Shown here: positions 47,218 through 56,901 of the stretch, one piece after another | Position numbering within the stretch: position 1 is the stretch's first letter | Layout of the letters: every line of letters begins with the position of its first letter | NCBI GenBank assembly: GCA_902763885.1 | Contig: CACWTU010000008.1 | Span: forward strand, 66,427-130,426 | Direction of reading: 5' to 3' | Origin: an uncultured Bacteroidales bacterium | Lineage (GTDB): Bacteria; Bacteroidota; Bacteroidia; Bacteroidales; Bacteroidaceae | Length of the DNA: 64,000 bases | Notes under the pieces: generated by a model | Told to the model about the DNA's origin: nothing | Database searches by the model: none | Seen by the model: the letters and a program-made list of their open reading frames with translations, nothing else | Translations under genes and position numbers: made by a program

Positions 47218-48135
47218 ATGAGAAAGATTTCAAAGTGGTTACTCACTCTCGTGATAGTTGGCTTCAGTACAGTCTCGACGCTGGCCCAGAAGGCCAAGGA
47301 TATTGTGATTCTGTATGAGAATGATGTGCATTGCAGTATTGACGGATATACCAGGTTGGCCGGACTGCGAGATGCCATTGCCAAGGCCGATACGTGTTAC
47401 GTCGGTATTGTGAGCTGCGGCGATTTTGCGGCCGGAGCCGATGTGGGTAAGAACTCACAAGGTAAGTATATAGTGGATATACTCCGTTCTGTGGGTTATG
47501 ATGCCATCACGTTAGGTAACCATGAGTTAGACTATGGAGTACCCCATATCAAGGAACTGATGCAGCAGGCAGGTGCACCGGTTGTATGCTCCAACCTGTT
47601 CGATATGGAAGGTAATCAGATTTTCCCGTCTTACACAATACACCAGTACGGAAACAAGCGCGTGGCTTTTGTGGGTGCACTTACACCACAGACCATGCAG
47701 ATTGAAAGGAGTGCATTCTATGAAGCTGATCGCAACCAGCTTTATGACTTAAAGCGCGATGCAATCTATGACCTGGTTCAGCAAGCCGTGGATGACGCTC
47801 GTGCCAAAGGAGCCGATTATGTGATCATGCTCTCACACCTTGGTGAAAGACCTGCCAGCCGCGTTGACTCCCATGAACTTATAAGCAAGACCAATGGTAT
47901 TGATGCATTGCTCGATGCCCATACCCATTCCACGGTACCCTGTGTTTATGTTGAGAACAAGGACGGCAAGCAAATCCCCATCACCCAGACCGGTATCCAT
48001 TTTGCCAACATCGGCAAACTGATAATATCAACAAGCGGCAAGGTAAGCGTCCAGCTCATGCCCGTGGAAGAAATCACCTACACCAGCCCCCGGGTAACCG
48101 CCGTCACTGACAGCATAAAGTCTCTCCTCCCTTGA
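47218..48135 (+). CDS. metallophosphoesterase (5'-nucleotidase/UDP-sugar hydrolase N-terminal type)
   Basis: ORF 47158..48135, trimmed to MRKISKWLLTLVIVGFSTVSTLAQ. Motifs: ILYENDVHC, GDFAAG, LGNHELD, LSHLG, DAHTH. No 5'-nucleotidase C-terminal domain follows; an IS remnant sits there instead. Confidence 0.75.
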   Translation: MRKISKWLLTLVIVGFSTVSTLAQKAKDIVILYENDVHCSIDGYTRLAGLRDAIAKADTCYVGIVSCGDFAAGADVGKNSQGKYIVDILRSVGYDAITLGNHELDYGVPHIKELMQQAGAPVVCSNLFDMEGNQIFPSYTIHQYGNKRVAFVGALTPQTMQIERSAFYEADRNQLYDLKRDAIYDLVQQAVDDARAKGADYVIMLSHLGERPASRVDSHELISKTNGIDALLDAHTHSTVPCVYVENKDGKQIPITQTGIHFANIGKLIISTSGKVSVQLMPVEEITYTSPRVTAVTDSIKSLLP

Positions 48136-48177
48136 CACAGGGAAACGATGACACAGGGAACCGATACTATTGTGCCA

Positions 48178-48633
48178 TTTGTTTGCCGCCGACTCTATCT
48201 TGGTGCCGTCTATGTACTGCACATTCAGCGACACCAGGCCCTCGTCATGCAGAAGCACCACTATCTGGGTGAAGATGCTGTCGAAACAGCCGGACAGACG
48301 CTTGCTGCGGAAGAGGTTGATGGTACGGAAGTCCGGGGTCTGCATGCCGCTCAGCCACATGTATGCTATATTCTCCACAAGGAGTTTCTCCATCTGACGG
48401 CCGGAGTACACATTGTTCAGATATGCATAGACGATGACCTTGAGCAGCATCCTGGGGTTGTAACTGCTTGTCCCGCCGCCCTTGTATCCCGATTCGATGT
48501 CCGATATGTCGAGCCTGTCGATGATGGCGCTTACAACACGAGCCTTGTGGTTCCGGGGAAGATAATCGCCAAGACATGGAGGAAGAAGCAGACTGTCGTT
48601 GGGATTATAAGATTTAAAAACTACCTTTGTCAT
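48178..48633 (-). mobile_element. IS1182/IS5-type transposase gene remnant (N-terminal ~152 aa only)
   Basis: MTKVVFKSYNPNDSLLLPPCLGDYLP..H.ARVV..IIDRLD...YKGGGTSSYNPRMLLKVIVYAY...SGRQMEK...N.AYMWL...PDFRTINLFR...YIDGTKIE is the conserved transposase N-terminus. The homology stops at about 48178, where a repeat element abuts it. The rest of ORF 48028..48633 is read-through. Confidence 0.7.
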
Positions 48634-48772
48634 TGTTGTTTAGCTATTATGCTTTTGGGCTGTTAAACTGTTTGTATATGGCTTGGAGGACGGTCAGTTC
48701 ATTATTGTTCTGCCAGACGGTAGGATGTACAATTCAGTGGGTATCAAGGTTAATTAATAAATGGTTATTTAC

Positions 48773-48780
48773 TATCTTTG
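48773..48780 (+). promoter_or_regulatory. candidate -7 promoter element TATCTTTG for the first paralog
   Basis: TAnnTTTG match 18 nt upstream of the ATG. Confidence 0.35.
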
Positions 48781-48797
48781 TGTTACAAAAGATTTAA

Positions 48798-49910
48798 ATG
48801 AATATGAATAATAAAGTTCCTTTTCATGCCGCACTGATTATGATGTGTGTCATTGCATTTTCCGTATCTCTTGGCTCTTGTGAAAAGAATGATGCTGATC
48901 AGATTGATGATGAATACTCTCTGAGCCTAAACGTTGATACCAATGGTGTCAACTTTACTATAAGACCTTTACTTGATTGGGGTGCCACTGTGGCTGACGT
49001 GGAAAAGTACATGGCTAAGAATTATCCTAGCTGGGAAGTTGAGGATGATGGAAAGCTGGTATATGATTCTACAGTAGTATCATGGTTAAAATCGTATAGT
49101 TGTAATGATATATACATGTATTTCTTTTTTAAGGATGAAGCAGGTAATGGTTTCTGTATGATTGAATTCGATTTCTATGGAAAGAATAATATAAAGCAGC
49201 TTCAGGATGAATGTGTAAGATTGGGCCTTAAATATAAGGGATTGTTATATTGGGAGGAAGTTCCTTATCTTTTATCTTATCATTATTTATCTGCTGATGA
49301 GAAGCTTGAGGTAAATTTGTTCTTTGAAAACTTTGATGATGAAGATTACTGGGGAATTTCTTTCCAGTCCTTAGACAAAGATGATCAGAATCACTTGGTT
49401 GACACGGAAAATCTCTGTATTAACGTTGATGTAGATGAGGGCAGCTATAGCCTGATCCCCTTTAAGAATTGGGATGGCACTTTGGCCGATGTCAGGGACT
49501 ACATGGCTGAAAACTATCCGGATTGGGAGGTCGAGGATGGCGGAGCAATGATAAAGGATACCGTAGACTTGGATACCGTTCCCCACTGGTTTGCCTTATA
49601 TCATAAGGATAGTCTGGCTGTCTTCTACCATTTTGAAGATGTGGAGGGAATCAGGTTTAGCAGTGTACAATATGCATACTACTCATCGGCAGACGTGACA
49701 CAGAACAGAAATGAATTTACAAGAAACGGTCTTATATATATAGGTCATGATACATTATTTTATCAAGATCAGATATCCAATTACGTATATGTTCCTTTAA
49801 GCAAGGATTATTATGTGACAACTTCATCCTGGGATTTGTATAATGGTGCCTGGTCTATAGATATAGCTCCGTATGATGAGAGATTCATAAACCGTGTCAA
49901 GCGTGAATGA
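48798..49910 (+). CDS. hypothetical surface lipoprotein, two-domain internal repeat, paralog 1
   Basis: 370 aa. Lipobox SLGSC followed by acidic EKNDADQIDDE (surface export signal-like). The block WG/WD-T-ADV..YM..NYP.WEVED.G occurs twice. AT-rich coding sequence. Confidence 0.6.
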   Translation: MNMNNKVPFHAALIMMCVIAFSVSLGSCEKNDADQIDDEYSLSLNVDTNGVNFTIRPLLDWGATVADVEKYMAKNYPSWEVEDDGKLVYDSTVVSWLKSYSCNDIYMYFFFKDEAGNGFCMIEFDFYGKNNIKQLQDECVRLGLKYKGLLYWEEVPYLLSYHYLSADEKLEVNLFFENFDDEDYWGISFQSLDKDDQNHLVDTENLCINVDVDEGSYSLIPFKNWDGTLADVRDYMAENYPDWEVEDGGAMIKDTVDLDTVPHWFALYHKDSLAVFYHFEDVEGIRFSSVQYAYYSSADVTQNRNEFTRNGLIYIGHDTLFYQDQISNYVYVPLSKDYYVTTSSWDLYNGAWSIDIAPYDERFINRVKRE

Positions 49911-49948
49911 CCCCAAAATGCCCCAAAGGGGACAGTCCCCCTGTGTCA
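49908..49948. repeat. GGGAC-N-GTCCC palindromic element (tgaccccaaaatgccccaaaggggacagtccccctgtgtca) plus T-run
   Basis: Starts on the TGA stop of paralog 1. Core ggggacagtcccc at 49928-49940. Confidence 0.65.
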
Positions 49949-49974
49949 TTTTTTCAAAGTTACACATAATTTAA

Positions 49975-51084
49975 ATGAATATGAATAATAAAGTTCCTTT
50001 TCATGCCGCACTGATTATGATGTGTGTCATTGCATTTTCCGTATCTCTTGGCTCTTGTGACAAGAATGATGCTGATCAGATTGATGATGAATACTCTCTG
50101 AGCCTGAATGTTGATACCAACGGTGTCAACTATACCATCAGACCTTTACTTGATTGGGGTGCCACTCTGGCTGACGTTGAAAAGTACATGGTCAAGAATT
50201 ATCCTGACTGGGAAGTTGAGGATGATGGAAAGCTGGTATATGATTCAATATGGGATAGATGGATATTATACTATGGGTGTAACAGAATGACGGTTTATTT
50301 CTTTTTTAAGGATGAAAAAGGAAGTAGTTTAATAATGACTCAATACTTATGCGATGGATCAAATGATATAAAGCGGATTCAGGATGAACTGTTAAGATTG
50401 GGTTTTATTTACAAGGGACTGTTATATTGGGATTACCTGCCGGATGATTTAACCTATCTTTATTTCTCTGCCGATGAAAAACTTGAGGTTCAATTGGGCG
50501 TGAATAACAACGAAGGGGATGATTTCTGGGTGATAAATTTTCAGCCCACTGACAAAAATGACCTGAATCAACTGATTGACCAGACAACCATGAGTCTGAT
50601 CATTAATTCCGAGAATGACAGTTGTAGCTTGACTCCTTTGATGGATTGGGGCGCTTCATTTACAGATATCAAGAGATTCATGGCTCAGAACTATCCTGAT
50701 TGGGAAATACAGAATAACGGAGATTTGATTTGTGATACCATCGCTGAAGATTCTTTAGATTGGTATGCCAAATTTAGTAATGGTGAATTCAGCCAATTCT
50801 TCTTTTTTGACAATGGTGATGGTGAAAGGTATCATTCTTTCCAATTCGTAGACTATTCATCAACTGATGAAAAACCGCTTAATTGGGAACTGACAAGAAA
50901 CGGCCTTGTATATTTAGGTCATGATACAACGTATTATGTGGAAGAAATATCGAATCACGTATATGTTCCTTTAAGTAAAGACTATGTTGCTTTAGCTTCA
51001 GCCTGGGAAATGTATGGAGGCTGTAGGGTTATTGATGTCATTCCATACGATGAGGAGTACATAAACAGTATCATGCGTGATTGA
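49975..51084 (+). CDS. hypothetical surface lipoprotein, two-domain internal repeat, paralog 2
   Basis: 369 aa. The first ~285 nt are about 95% identical to paralog 1 (first ~100 nt identical), and the remainder is much more diverged. Confidence 0.6.
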   Translation: MNMNNKVPFHAALIMMCVIAFSVSLGSCDKNDADQIDDEYSLSLNVDTNGVNYTIRPLLDWGATLADVEKYMVKNYPDWEVEDDGKLVYDSIWDRWILYYGCNRMTVYFFFKDEKGSSLIMTQYLCDGSNDIKRIQDELLRLGFIYKGLLYWDYLPDDLTYLYFSADEKLEVQLGVNNNEGDDFWVINFQPTDKNDLNQLIDQTTMSLIINSENDSCSLTPLMDWGASFTDIKRFMAQNYPDWEIQNNGDLICDTIAEDSLDWYAKFSNGEFSQFFFFDNGDGERYHSFQFVDYSSTDEKPLNWELTRNGLVYLGHDTTYYVEEISNHVYVPLSKDYVALASAWEMYGGCRVIDVIPYDEEYINSIMRD

Positions 51085-51090
51085 CCTAAA

Positions 51091-51170
51091 AGAGTACCAA
51101 AGGGGACAGACCCCAATGGTACTCTTTTTCGAAAAAAGGTACCATTGGGGTCTGTCCCCTTTGGTACTCT
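51091..51170. repeat. double palindromic element (two inverted 35-nt hairpin units)
   Basis: agagtaccaaaggggacagaccccaatggtactct (51091-51125) and aaggtaccattggggtctgtcccctttggtactct (51136-51170). Confidence 0.85.
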
Positions 51171-51193
51171 TTTGTACTGTGTGCTTTTTTCAC

Positions 51194-51201
51194 TAATTTT
51201 G
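51194..51201 (+). promoter_or_regulatory. candidate -7 promoter element TAATTTTG for lepA
   Basis: TAnnTTTG match 20 nt upstream of the ATG. Confidence 0.4.
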
Positions 51202-51220
51202 CAGGGTAAAAACACCTTCT

Positions 51221-53002
51221 ATGGAGAACATCCGGAATTTCTGTATAATTGCGCATATCGATCACGGTAAGTCAACGCTGGCTGACCGTCTGCTGGAGTA
51301 CACTCATACCATCAATATCACCGAGGGCCAGATGCTTGATGACATGGATCTGGAGAAGGAGCGCGGCATCACAATCAAGAGCCACGCCATCCAGATGGAG
51401 TATGAGTACAAGGGCCAGAAATACGTCCTGAACCTTATTGACACTCCGGGACACGTGGATTTCTCATATGAGGTAAGCCGATCCATCGCCGCTTGCGAGG
51501 GCGCCATTCTGGTGGTCGATGCCACGCAGGGTGTGCAGGCGCAGACCATCAGCAACCTTTACATGGCCATTGAGCATGACCTGGAGATTATCCCGGTCAT
51601 AAACAAGTGCGACATGCAGAGCGCCATGCCCGATGAGGTTGAGGATGAGATTGTGGAGCTGATAGGTTGCAAGCGCGAGGATATCATACGTGCATCGGCC
51701 CGTACGGGAATGGGCGTGGAGGAGATCCTGAACGCAATCGTGGAGCGCATCCCGCATCCGGTAGGTGATCCCGATGCTCCATTGCAGGCACTTATCTTTG
51801 ACTCCGTATTCAACTCATTCCGCGGAATCATAGCATATTTCAAAATCGAGAACGGCTCCATCCGCAAGGGTGACAAGGTAAAGTTCTTCAATACCGGTAA
51901 AGAGTATGATGCCGATGAGGTGGGCGTGCTCCGTATGGATATGGTGCCGCGTGATGTGATGACCACAGGTGATGTGGGTTACATCATATCGGGCATAAAG
52001 ACATCGACCGAGGTCAAGGTGGGCGATACAATCACCCATGTTGCCCGCCCCTGTGACAAGGCCATTGCAGGATTTGAGGAGTCCAAGCCTATGGTGTTTG
52101 CCGGCGTTTATCCCATTGAGGCCGATGAGTTTGAAGACCTGCGCGCCTCACTTGAAAAACTGCAGCTGAACGATGCATCCTTGAGCTTCTTCCCTGAGTC
52201 ATCAGCCGCCCTGGGATTCGGATTCCGCTGCGGATTCCTGGGTCTGCTGCATATGGAGATTGTGCAGGAACGTCTGGACCGCGAGTTTGACATGAGCGTT
52301 ATCACAACTGTTCCTAACGTATCATATATGGTCTATGACAAGCAGGGTAATGCAATTGAGGTACACAACCCCAGTGGCATGCCAGACCTTACACTGATTG
52401 ACCACATTGAGGAGCCGTATATTGATGCATCAATAATTACCACTACTGATTACATCGGCCCCATAATGACTCTGTGCCTGGATAAGCGAGGAGAGCTGGT
52501 AAAGCAGCAGTTCATTGCGGGTAACCGTGTGGAGATATACTTCAAACTGCCTCTGGGTGAGATAGTGATTGACTTCTACGATAAACTCAAGAGCATATCA
52601 AAGGGTTACGCATCATTTGACTACCATCCCGCAGGATACCGTCCGTCCAAGCTCATCAAGCTGGATATTCTGCTTAACGGTGAGCCTGTCGATGCCCTGT
52701 CTACACTTACTCATGTGGACAACGCCTATGACCTGGGTCGCCGCATGTGCGAGAAACTTAAGGAACTCATACCGCGCCAGCAGTTTGACATAGCAATCCA
52801 GGCAGCCATCGGTTCCAAGATCATTGCCCGTGAGACCATCAAGCAGGTGCGTAAGGATGTGACCGCCAAGTGCTACGGCGGTGACGTATCGCGTAAGCGC
52901 AAGCTCTTGGAAAAGCAGAAGAAGGGTAAGAAGCGCATGAAACAGATAGGTAATGTGGAGGTTCCGCAGAAAGCATTCCTGGCCGTCCTGAAGCTGGACT
53001 AA
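51221..53002 (+). CDS. lepA: translation elongation factor 4
   Basis: [23 protein letters not shown]1 motif, [12 protein letters not shown], and the LepA-specific C-terminal domain ([21 protein letters not shown]). Confidence 0.93.
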   Translation: MENIRNFCIIAHIDHGKSTLADRLLEYTHTINITEGQMLDDMDLEKERGITIKSHAIQMEYEYKGQKYVLNLIDTPGHVDFSYEVSRSIAACEGAILVVDATQGVQAQTISNLYMAIEHDLEIIPVINKCDMQSAMPDEVEDEIVELIGCKREDIIRASARTGMGVEEILNAIVERIPHPVGDPDAPLQALIFDSVFNSFRGIIAYFKIENGSIRKGDKVKFFNTGKEYDADEVGVLRMDMVPRDVMTTGDVGYIISGIKTSTEVKVGDTITHVARPCDKAIAGFEESKPMVFAGVYPIEADEFEDLRASLEKLQLNDASLSFFPESSAALGFGFRCGFLGLLHMEIVQERLDREFDMSVITTVPNVSYMVYDKQGNAIEVHNPSGMPDLTLIDHIEEPYIDASIITTTDYIGPIMTLCLDKRGELVKQQFIAGNRVEIYFKLPLGEIVIDFYDKLKSISKGYASFDYHPAGYRPSKLIKLDILLNGEPVDALSTLTHVDNAYDLGRRMCEKLKELIPRQQFDIAIQAAIGSKIIARETIKQVRKDVTAKCYGGDVSRKRKLLEKQKKGKKRMKQIGNVEVPQKAFLAVLKLD

Positions 53003-53005
53003 AAA

Positions 53006-53082
53006 AGAGTACCAAAGGGGACAGACCCCAATGGTACTCTTTTTTTAAAATGATACCATTGGGGTCTGTCCCCTTTGGTATC
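53006..53082. repeat. double palindromic element, near-identical copy of 51091-51170
   Basis: agagtaccaaaggggacagaccccaatggtactct (53006-53040, identical to 51091-51125) and gataccattggggtctgtcccctttggtatc (53052-53082). Lies between convergent lepA and the acyl-CoA ligase. Confidence 0.85.
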
Positions 53083-53089
53083 TTTTTTA

Positions 53090-54799
53090 TTACTCTTTCT
53101 GATAGAGGAATCGTTTGATGCTCTTCTTGGGAGTCTTCTCAAACTCCTCATGATAGATGCGAATCTGTGAGATCTTCTCGTATGACGGCAGAATGTTGTT
53201 GAGTTCCTGGCGGTTCTGCTCCATAACCTCGGCAATTTGCTCATCGGTCAGGCCAGTCTTCATAGCCTCGTCAAAATCGGGATATACCAGGGCAACCAGT
53301 TTGTCACTCTCAGAGATTACAACTGATTCATTTACCAGAGGCATGTTGTTCAAGTGATCCTCAATCTCCTCAGGATAGATGTTCTGACCTGAAGGTCCCA
53401 GGATCATGCTCTTGCTGCGGCCCTTGATGAATATGTTGCCATCCTTGTCCATTATGCCAAGGTCACCGGTGTACATCCAGCCGTCCTTGTCAATGGTCTC
53501 CTCGGTAAGTTTCTCATTCTTGTAGTAACCCAGCATCACGTTGGGACCGCGGCAGATAATCTCACCGGGTACATGTTCGGGATTGGAACTGAGAATCTTG
53601 ACCTCCATGTTGGGCACTGGTTTACCGCATGAACCGAGAGCAAACGTGTTCTTGTCATCATATGCTATGATAGGACCGCACTCGGTTGCGCCGTAACCTA
53701 CAGTATAGGGGAATCGTATTGACGATATGAATTTCTCAACCTCCTGATTGAACGGTGCACCACCCAGAATTACCTCATAAAAGTTTCCGCCGAATCCCTT
53801 TATCATCTCCTCGCATACTTTCTTCTTGATCTGGTCATTTACGATAGGCACCTTGAGCAGGAACTTCATCTGAGGAGTCTCAAGCTTGGGAAGTATGTTT
53901 TTCTTTATGATCTTCTCAATTACAAGAGGAACGGAAACGATGAGTGTGGGCTTGATCTCGCCGAGTGCCTGGAATATAATCTTGGGGCTCGGCAGGCGGG
54001 TCAGGAAGTAGATGTGGCATCCCATCAGGAACTCATGGAAGAACTCAAATGAGAATCCGTACATGTGAGCCATAGGCAACATGGATATGATCTTGTCACC
54101 GGGTTTCATCACAAACAGGGCTTTACGTCCAAACAGATGGTTGCTTATGAGTGAACGGTAGGGGAGCATCACCCCCTTGGAGAATCCCGTTGAGCCTGAT
54201 GTGTAGTTGATCATGGCCATGTCATCAAAGCCTGCCTCATAATACTTGACATCCTTGGCAGTAAACTCCTTGGGATATTTGCGGCCGAACAGTTCATTCA
54301 GACGCTCGCGTGCCTCAGTGAGTTTCTCATTGCGTGATATTGCTATCTGGAAATCATCAAGCAGTATGATACCTTCAAGATCAGGCATAGAAGCCTCATT
54401 CAGGTTCTCCCATATCTGCTCACCGGCAAAGAAGAGCTTGGTCTCAGAGTGGTTGATGATATGGTGTATGTTATCGGCCTTGAACTCATGAAGGATTGGA
54501 ACAACTACGGCACCGTATGTGAGGGCTGCCAGGCATGCGGTTCCCCAGTTTGAACTGTTCTTGCCGCAAAGTGCTATGCGGTCACCGGGCTTAAGTCCGG
54601 CCTCCTCAAACAGAATGTGGAGTTTGGCGATACGGCGTGCTACATCGCGGAAAAGCAGTGTAGAACCCTTGTAGTCAGTGAATGCCTCAAGATCCCAGTT
54701 CTTGATAATGGAACTGCTTATATAAGCGTTTAGATTCTTCTCTGTGAAGACATTGTCGGATCTGTCGTAATGATCAATCATGTAATTATGTAATTTCAA
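53090..54799 (-). CDS. long-chain fatty acid--CoA ligase (AMP-binding enzyme)
   Basis: AMP-binding motif YTSGSTGFSKGV, plus GYGATE and TGDLG. The track start at 54799 is a TTG. The first ATG (MIDHYDRS) is at 54781, so the true start is uncertain. Confidence 0.85.
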   Translation of the reverse strand: MKLHNYMIDHYDRSDNVFTEKNLNAYISSSIIKNWDLEAFTDYKGSTLLFRDVARRIAKLHILFEEAGLKPGDRIALCGKNSSNWGTACLAALTYGAVVVPILHEFKADNIHHIINHSETKLFFAGEQIWENLNEASMPDLEGIILLDDFQIAISRNEKLTEARERLNELFGRKYPKEFTAKDVKYYEAGFDDMAMINYTSGSTGFSKGVMLPYRSLISNHLFGRKALFVMKPGDKIISMLPMAHMYGFSFEFFHEFLMGCHIYFLTRLPSPKIIFQALGEIKPTLIVSVPLVIEKIIKKNILPKLETPQMKFLLKVPIVNDQIKKKVCEEMIKGFGGNFYEVILGGAPFNQEVEKFISSIRFPYTVGYGATECGPIIAYDDKNTFALGSCGKPVPNMEVKILSSNPEHVPGEIICRGPNVMLGYYKNEKLTEETIDKDGWMYTGDLGIMDKDGNIFIKGRSKSMILGPSGQNIYPEEIEDHLNNMPLVNESVVISESDKLVALVYPDFDEAMKTGLTDEQIAEVMEQNRQELNNILPSYEKISQIRIYHEEFEKTPKKSIKRFLYQKE

Positions 54800-55480
54800 T
54801 TATTTGTTCAAGTTGTAGTTTCTCTCTCCGAATATGGCGCTACCGATGCGTACCATATTGCTCCCTGCCTCTATGGCAAGCTCATAATCACCGCTCATGC
54901 CTGCTGATATGGTGTTGAAATCAGCACTGCCAGCAAAATAATTCTGCTTATAAGTATCAAAGATTTCCTTAAGGCGGCCGAACTCACGGCGTACCTGAGC
55001 CAGGTCATCAGTATTGGTGGCCATTCCCATCACACCACCTATGGTTATATTCTTAAGGTTCTTCCAGTCACCCTGCTCAAGCATGGCGCTGCATTCATCG
55101 GGGCTGAATCCGAACTTGGTATCCTCACTGGCAATGTGCAACTGCAGAAAGCAAGTGATATGACGGCTGTTTCTGGCAGCCTGACGGTCAATCTCCACAA
55201 GCTTGTCATAAGTGTCAACACCCTGTATGACCGATACATACGGAGCCATCATCTTGATCTTGTTGCTCTGTACATGGCCGATGAAATGCCACTCGATATC
55301 CCGGGGTAGAACTTGGCTCTTGGCGGTCATCTCCTGCACCTTGTTCTCCCCGAATATACGCTGTCCGGCATCATAAGCCTCCTGCAGCATCTCTACAGGA
55401 TGGGTCTTTGATACAGCCACCAGTTTTACTCCTTGAGGGAGAGAGGCCTTGATTCTGTTCAGATTCTCTTTGATATCCAT
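54800..55480 (-). CDS. yggS: YggS family pyridoxal-phosphate-dependent protein
   Basis: ORF 54800..55525, trimmed to MDIKENLNRIKASLP at 55480. Motifs: VAVSKTHP (PLP lysine), HFIGHVQSNK, RIGSAIFG. Confidence 0.85.
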   Translation of the reverse strand: MDIKENLNRIKASLPQGVKLVAVSKTHPVEMLQEAYDAGQRIFGENKVQEMTAKSQVLPRDIEWHFIGHVQSNKIKMMAPYVSVIQGVDTYDKLVEIDRQAARNSRHITCFLQLHIASEDTKFGFSPDECSAMLEQGDWKNLKNITIGGVMGMATNTDDLAQVRREFGRLKEIFDTYKQNYFAGSADFNTISAGMSGDYELAIEAGSNMVRIGSAIFGERNYNLNK

Positions 55481-55662
55481 ATTCCAGAAAAACGCTGCAA
55501 AGTTACGTAGTGGTGGTAAGTGCACTCTTTTTTATTTGCCATTATTTACTTTTTGTGCACATTTGATATTAATGTGTGCATGATTTTAAAGCCTTTCCTA
55601 TATAAATAGAGATAGTCGAAAGCAAAGATAAGGCATAAAATCTTTATCTTCGCGTCTTGAAA

Positions 55663-56901
55663 ATGGAGAAGTTTCTGGCCAGAAGACTGTACGGTAGGGA
55701 CGAGGGCGTTAAAGGAGGCTCGCGTCCGGCTATCATCATTGCCACAACAGGCATTGCGGTAGGTCTGGTGGTGATGATACTTACCTTGGCCGTAACCCGC
55801 GGATTCAAAAGTCAGATACGCGACAAGGTGATGGGATTCTCACAGCATATCACCGTTACAAATTACTACGCAGGTCTGAGTACGGTTGAGGATCCTGTTC
55901 CCTGTACAGATTCCACCATGTATGCCTTGCTATCGCAGAGTCTTATTGAAAGGGTGCAGCCATATGTGAGCAAACCTTGTATAATAAGGACCCAGGAGGC
56001 TTTTCATGGTTTTATGCTTAAGGGTATCAATGCCGATTATGACCGCACATTCCTTAACCGCTACATGGTCAGGGGCGGTTTCCCTCAGCCACAGGACTCA
56101 CTCGGTAACAACTGGATAGTGCTTTCCCGCGCCATTGCCGATATGTTAGGGCTGGATGTAGATGCTAAGGCCGATGTCTATTTCATGCAGGATCAGGTAC
56201 GCATACGCCGTCTTACTGTAACCGGAATCTATGAGACTGGTTTTCTTGAGTATGACCGCATGTTCGGAATTACTGAACTGCAGTTGCTCCAGCGTCTTAA
56301 TGGATGGGAACCTTATGAGTACAGCGGTCTGGAGATAGGCCTTACCGATGTACGTAAGGTAGATGATGGATACGGTCAGGTGCGTGATGTGATCAATGTG
56401 CTTGAGAAACAGACAGATGAGAGTTTCCTTGTCCAGACATTATACGATACACATTCCGGTCTTTTTGCATGGCTCGACGTTCTGGACCTGAATGTATGGA
56501 TCATACTTGCGCTAATGTTGGGAATAGCCGGATTCACTATGATATCAGGTCTTCTCATTATCATATTTGAACGTACGGCCACAATAGGTACTCTCAAGTC
56601 ATTGGGTGCATCAAACAAGACTGTAAGAGGTGTATTCATGCGTCTTGCATCATTCATTATCCTTAAAGGAATGGTGATAGGAAATCTGGTAGGTGTGATT
56701 ATCTGTCTTGTGCAGCAGTGGTTCCATATCATACCATTGGATCCGGCCAACTACTATCTGGACAGTGTGCCTATGCAGTTGGGGGCAGGATGGTTCATCA
56801 TTCTTAATATAGTGATGTTTCTGCTTTCTACGCTGATGATGCTTATTCCGTGTGCTGTCATCTCCCGCATCGTTCCCTCAAAATCAATCCGCTTCGAGTG
56901 A
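55663..56901 (+). CDS. FtsX/LolE-family ABC transporter permease
   Basis: The first ATG is at 55663 (the track start at 55657 is TTG). Layout is TM1, a large periplasmic loop, then three C-terminal TMs, with a TIGTLKSLGAS motif. Confidence 0.8.
   Translation: MEKFLARRLYGRDEGVKGGSRPAIIIATTGIAVGLVVMILTLAVTRGFKSQIRDKVMGFSQHITVTNYYAGLSTVEDPVPCTDSTMYALLSQSLIERVQPYVSKPCIIRTQEAFHGFMLKGINADYDRTFLNRYMVRGGFPQPQDSLGNNWIVLSRAIADMLGLDVDAKADVYFMQDQVRIRRLTVTGIYETGFLEYDRMFGITELQLLQRLNGWEPYEYSGLEIGLTDVRKVDDGYGQVRDVINVLEKQTDESFLVQTLYDTHSGLFAWLDVLDLNVWIILALMLGIAGFTMISGLLIIIFERTATIGTLKSLGASNKTVRGVFMRLASFIILKGMVIGNLVGVIICLVQQWFHIIPLDPANYYLDSVPMQLGAGWFIILNIVMFLLSTLMMLIPCAVISRIVPSKSIRFE

Noticed and set aside
48028-48177. 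The 3' part of the transposase ORF in the track (WHNSIGSLCHRFPVSREERLY...), which overlaps the end of the metallophosphatase gene.
   Set aside because: Transposase similarity ends at about residue 152. The remainder is fortuitous read-through across the repeat and into the antisense of the neighbouring gene.
48148-48666. 172-aa + strand ORF across the IS remnant.
   Set aside because: It is antisense to the recognisable transposase N-terminus and has no motif support.
55526-55662. Short inverted repeats (tgtgcacat...atgtgtgca and aagataa...ttatctt) in the yggS/lolE divergent region, considered as a possible operator.
   Set aside because: They are short, AT-rich and imperfect, with no regulator gene adjacent. 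The evidence is too weak to call a regulatory site.
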